A DNA stretch of 39,039 nucleotides from Octopus sinensis. Taxonomy: Eukaryota. Below are positions 35,169-39,039 of this stretch, piece after piece (positions within the stretch are counted from its first letter, which is position 1; the number at the start of each line of letters is the position of its first letter). The stretch covers positions 1 through 39,039 of the forward strand of contig NW_021835730.1 in assembly GCF_006345805.1 (NCBI RefSeq). The letters run 5' to 3'. A program made the position numbers and the translations under genes. Under the pieces are notes generated by a model. The model was not told where the DNA came from. It did no database searches and saw nothing but the letters and a program-made list of their open reading frames with translations.

Positions 35169-35388
35169 TATTAGAGTCTCGGCGAGTTACACTTGTGACT
35201 GTTCAAAAGTGGCTGGCCCCAAAACTTTGACCTAGGAAATTCAATTTTTGGAAGAAAGCAAGGGAAAGTGTACGACAACGTGGACAAAATACGAGAAAAT
35301 GGAGAAAACGTTACACGATTACAAATGCAAACATCAAGAGAATAACAACCATTGTCGTTCGACTGGCGTGTGGAGTAAAAGCCATGAG

Positions 35389-35547
35389 TATATATACGAC
35401 GGGCTTCTTTCCGTTTCCGTCTACCAAATCATTCGCAAGCCTTTGATAGAATAGAAGACACTTGCCGAAGGTGCCACGCAGTGGGACTGAGCCCGAAACC
35501 ATGTGGTTGGGAAGCAAGCTTCTCACCACACAGCCACGCCGGTGCCT
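35389..35547 (-). mobile_element. SINE family C 5' half
   Basis: ACGACGGGCTTCTTTCCGTTTCCGTCTACCAAATC...GGGACTGAGCCCGAAACCATGTGGTTGGGAAGC...ACAGCCAC. Confidence 0.88.
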
Positions 35548-35562
35548 ATATGTCAGTCTTCA

Positions 35563-35965
35563 TGTGTTGGCTGTGTGGTAAGTAGCTTGCTAACCAACCA
35601 CATGGTTCAGGGTTCAGTCCTACTGCGTGGCATCTTGGGCAAGTGTCTTCTGCTATAGCCTCGGGCCGACCAATGCCTTGTGAGTGGATTTGGTAGACGG
35701 AAACTGAAAGAAGCCTGTCGTATATATGTATATATATGTATGTGCGTGTATATGTTTGTGTGTCTGTGTTTGTCCCCCTAGCATTGCTTGACAACCGATG
35801 CTGGTGAGTTTACGTCCCCGTCACTTAGCGGCTCGGCAAAAGAGACAGATAGAATAAGTACTGGGCTTACAAAAGAATAAGTCCCGGGGTCGATTTGCTC
35901 GACTAAAGGCGGTGTTGCAGCACGGCCGCAGTCAAATGACTGAAACAAGTAAAAGAGTAAAAGAG
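35563..35965 (+). mobile_element. SINE family C, full length
   Basis: TGGCTGTGTGG (A box), GGTTCAGTCC (B box), CTTGGGCAAGTGTCTT, central (TA/TG)n, tail GACTGAAACAAGT(AAAAGAGT)2. Confidence 0.92.
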
Positions 35966-35990
35966 TATATATATATATATGTGTGTGTGT

Positions 35991-36280
35991 GTGGAGGCCC
36001 AGTGGTTAGGGCAGCGGACTCGCGGTCGTAGGATCGCGGTTTTGATTCCCAGACCGGGCGTTGTGTGTGTTTATTTAGCGAAAACACCTAAAAAGCTCCA
36101 TGAGGCTCCGGCAGTGGGTGGTGATCCCTGCTGTACTCTTTCTCTCACTCTTTCTGCTGTTGGCCTGCTCGCTTAGCCAGCGGAGTGGGGTCATTCGAAG
36201 GCTAAAACAATGCGAACGCATTGTGACCAGCGATGTGTAGCAACATCTGATGGTGTGGTCGGTCACGTGATCACGTGATA
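35991..36280 (+). mobile_element. SINE family B (tail 3)
   Basis: CCCAGTGGTTAGGGCAGCGGACTCGCGGTCGTAGG head; 3' end GGTCACGTGATCACGTGAT. Confidence 0.88.
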
Positions 36281-36582
36281 TATATATTAAATTCAAATTA
36301 CGATGAACGTAAATAAAGAACCGAAGTTTGTTTTAGAAGCGTTGAGATGTCTTAGTAAGTTAAAGAAGCGATTTTTAAATTCTGAAACGCAGGATAATGC
36401 TAATAAAATAGCCTGAACAGGATAAGCTACCCCTAATTTTGCAGAAAAAAGTGTTGGCGGCCGGCTAAATTCCTTAACCGAAAAAACTGATTGACGAGAA
36501 CACTCATACACAAAAAAGAGAAATATGCTTCTAATCATAAACACGGGGAATGTGTGTGCATACATACACACATACATATATA

Positions 36583-36630
<48 letters not shown>

Positions 36631-36887
36631 CAAAACGTGGAGCAGATGAATCTAAGGCGACTGAAGAAGGGGAATTTTCCTTGTTTTGTATGTCCTGTAC
36701 TCTATTCTTTCGTTGTTTAAAAATATGTCGATTTCCTTGTTTTTATGTTTATGTTTTCGTTTCTCATTGTGTTCGACGTTTTTTTTTGTGTCCTGTACCC
36801 TTATATGCATGTATATATACATGTAGAGGTAGGTAAGTACATATATGTATGTATATATGCATATGTTTATTTTACTTATTAATTTAT

Positions 36888-36888
<1 letters not shown>
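36631..36888 (+). mobile_element. Family F element
   Basis: Homologous to 30895-31143; (TA)n on both sides. Confidence 0.8.
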
Positions 36889-36965
<77 letters not shown>

Positions 36966-37015
36966 TAATATAATATAATAATATAATATAATATAATGTA
37001 AATAATATATAAATA

Positions 37016-37379
37016 TCTATTATAAAAATCCGTTCTGTCTGTGTGTGTGTCTTCAAGGATCTCGGGCATCCTCCATCCGATTGCGCTCAAATTTGATATG
37101 TAGATACCGACGGTATCAGGGCGTGTATAAATCTTGAAAAAATTACAAAACTCGGATTCCAGATGAGAATGCGATCAATAAAGGGAATAAAATCGCTTTT
37201 CTTTGGAATAGAAAAAAAGCCTATCTTTCTTTCTTCTTTTGCTGGTGTCTCAAATTTAGGTTAAATCAGTGATTCTCAAAGGGATGGCCTATGGGACGGT
37301 CTGACAAGTTGTTTTGAGAAAATTTGGTTTAAATGTTTGACAACTCAGCACCGTCAATTGGACGGGGGCGTTTTGCTCG
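37016..37379 (+). mobile_element. Non-autonomous Helitron-like element, copy 2
   Basis: A|TCTATTATAAAAATCCGTTCTGTCTGTGTG; hairpin CCGTC-AATTG-GACGG; 3' end CTCG|T; homologous to 10171-10545. Confidence 0.75.
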
Positions 37380-37380
37380 T

Positions 37381-37556
37381 ATGCATATATTCATACTTAT
37401 ATGTACATACCTACATATATATATGTATATATACACGCATATATGGGTACAGGACATCAAAAATACGTTGAACACAATGAGAAACAAAAACATAAAAACA
37501 AAAGCATTGAAAACGAACTTTTTTTCGAACAACGAAAAAAACAGAGAAACGAGACA
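37381..37556 (-). mobile_element. Family F element, 5'-truncated, inverted
   Basis: Reverse complement contains TTTCTCATTGTGTTCAACGT...GTCCTGTACCCATATATGCGTGTATATATAC. Confidence 0.75.
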
Positions 37557-37599
37557 TATATGTATGTATGTATATATGTATGAATGTATATATAAAATT

Positions 37600-37700
37600 C
37601 ACTCGCTTGTCTGGAGCTGTAATAGGAGACTTTCAACCAAGGTGCTGTGCAGTAGGACTGAACCAGAAACCATATGGTTGCAACGCGAGCTATTTAACCT
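37600..37700 (-). mobile_element. Degenerate SINE family C head
   Basis: CCAAGGTGCTGTGCAGTAGGACTGAACCAGAAACCATATGGTTG. Confidence 0.7.
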
Positions 37701-38179
37701 CTGCAACGACTGCGTGTCCGAACAGACTACATCTCATACACTGCTGCTACAAACGATCATCGATAAGTCTTCTAATGTAATATTATTGAAATACATAAAT
37801 ATATACAATTTAAATGCACACTTAAAAAAAAAAATTCTACTAGTTTAGGATTCTTGCAATGGGGCCAGACATGGCTATCACTATCAAGTCTTTATACATC
37901 TATATAAATAAGAGTACTTTGCTTTCTACTTATTTACTCTATCTCAGATGCGATAGACGAAATGCTAACTTGGATGAGAGTTGAAAGCAGAACATGAAGA
38001 GAGAGGAAACCAATGACGGTGCTATTTGCGAGAAAAAAAGAAAAAGAAGCAAAACAATAATGTTTACGATGTTTACATTTGTCCGTGAATATTAGGTTGC
38101 ACATCACACGGATGGCTGACATTTGTGACGCTTATCGCAACACTTAGGTTTATGCTACGTGCACCTTTTAGCAGTACTT

Positions 38180-38313
38180 GAGACCTACCTACTTACCTAC
38201 ACACCTACCTGCCTACCTGCCTACCTACCTACCTACCTACCTACCTACATACCTACCTACCTACATACCTACCTACCTATCTACCTACCTACCTACCCTA
38301 CCTGCCTATCTAC

Positions 38314-38383
<70 letters not shown>

Positions 38384-38408
38384 GTCTGTCTATCTATCTA
38401 TCTATCTG
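38180..38408. repeat. (CCTA)n followed by (TATC)n
   Basis: Direct inspection. Confidence 0.95.
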
Positions 38409-38422
38409 CAAATATATGTTAA

Positions 38423-38677
38423 CATGTGACATTATTTACCGAGGTTATCATGGTCTTTTCCGTAGGCTTTTCTTTCCCTGGTTAAACCTTATCTGTTTCC
38501 CCTTTACAATTTACATGATGACATTTCTGTGATACACGATTCCTATTGATCCTTTTATTTCATTTTTATTTACGATCCCTCTTGATTGAAAACCTACCCC
38601 CTTTTTTTCTCCCCCAAACGAAAAGCTCTACTTTGTAATTTATCCCCTCTGTGTTCAGCCCTGTGTGGCCAATAAAG
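38423..38677 (+). mobile_element. 3' UTR and terminus of the same Tx1/L1-type LINE family
   Basis: Shares GGTCTTTTCCGT(A/G)GG, ATTTCTGTGATACACGAT(T/C)CCTATTGATC and GAAAAGCTC(T/A)ACTTTGT with the reverse complement of 16830-17060. Confidence 0.8.
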
Positions 38678-38684
38678 TAACACA

Positions 38685-38909
<225 letters not shown>

Positions 38910-39039
38910 CATATATTCATGTATATGTGGAATGGCAGAGGAGGATGGCGAATGAGCATACGGAAAAAAAGGAAAACTTGCAAAGGAGGTGTGCACACTC
39001 GATCCTCATCATTTATCAACCCAGAACCATTACAATTTC

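Overview
AT-rich, non-coding eukaryotic DNA saturated with microsatellites ((TA)n, (TATG)n, (TCTA)n, (CA)n, (ATT)n, (GAT)n). The tRNA-headed SINE families and repeat density suggest a coleoid cephalopod, probably Octopus; this is inferred from recalled sequence style, not from a search. No host gene could be identified with confidence, and almost all long ORFs in the supplied track are translated microsatellites. Supported content: decayed fragments of three non-LTR retrotransposon clades on the minus strand (restriction-like-endonuclease type ~3165-3520; Tx1/L1 type ~16819-17675, with a second 3' end on + at 38423-38677; CR1-like RT ~20601-22340); about 20 SINE copies from four head families (my labels A-D) with exchangeable tails; two short Helitron-like elements; a TIR element with a 9-bp TSD; two long fold-back hairpins; and short elements embedded in (TA)n that carry Penelope-type hammerhead-ribozyme-like motifs. 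The most notable observations are a ~620-bp direct duplication with a Helitron exactly at its junction, a SINE tail matching a Tx1/L1 3' end found in the same window, a possible (TATC)n-targeting Tx1 family, and the minimal or permuted hammerhead motifs. Element boundaries were read by eye and are approximate to about 10 bp unless a TSD is given.
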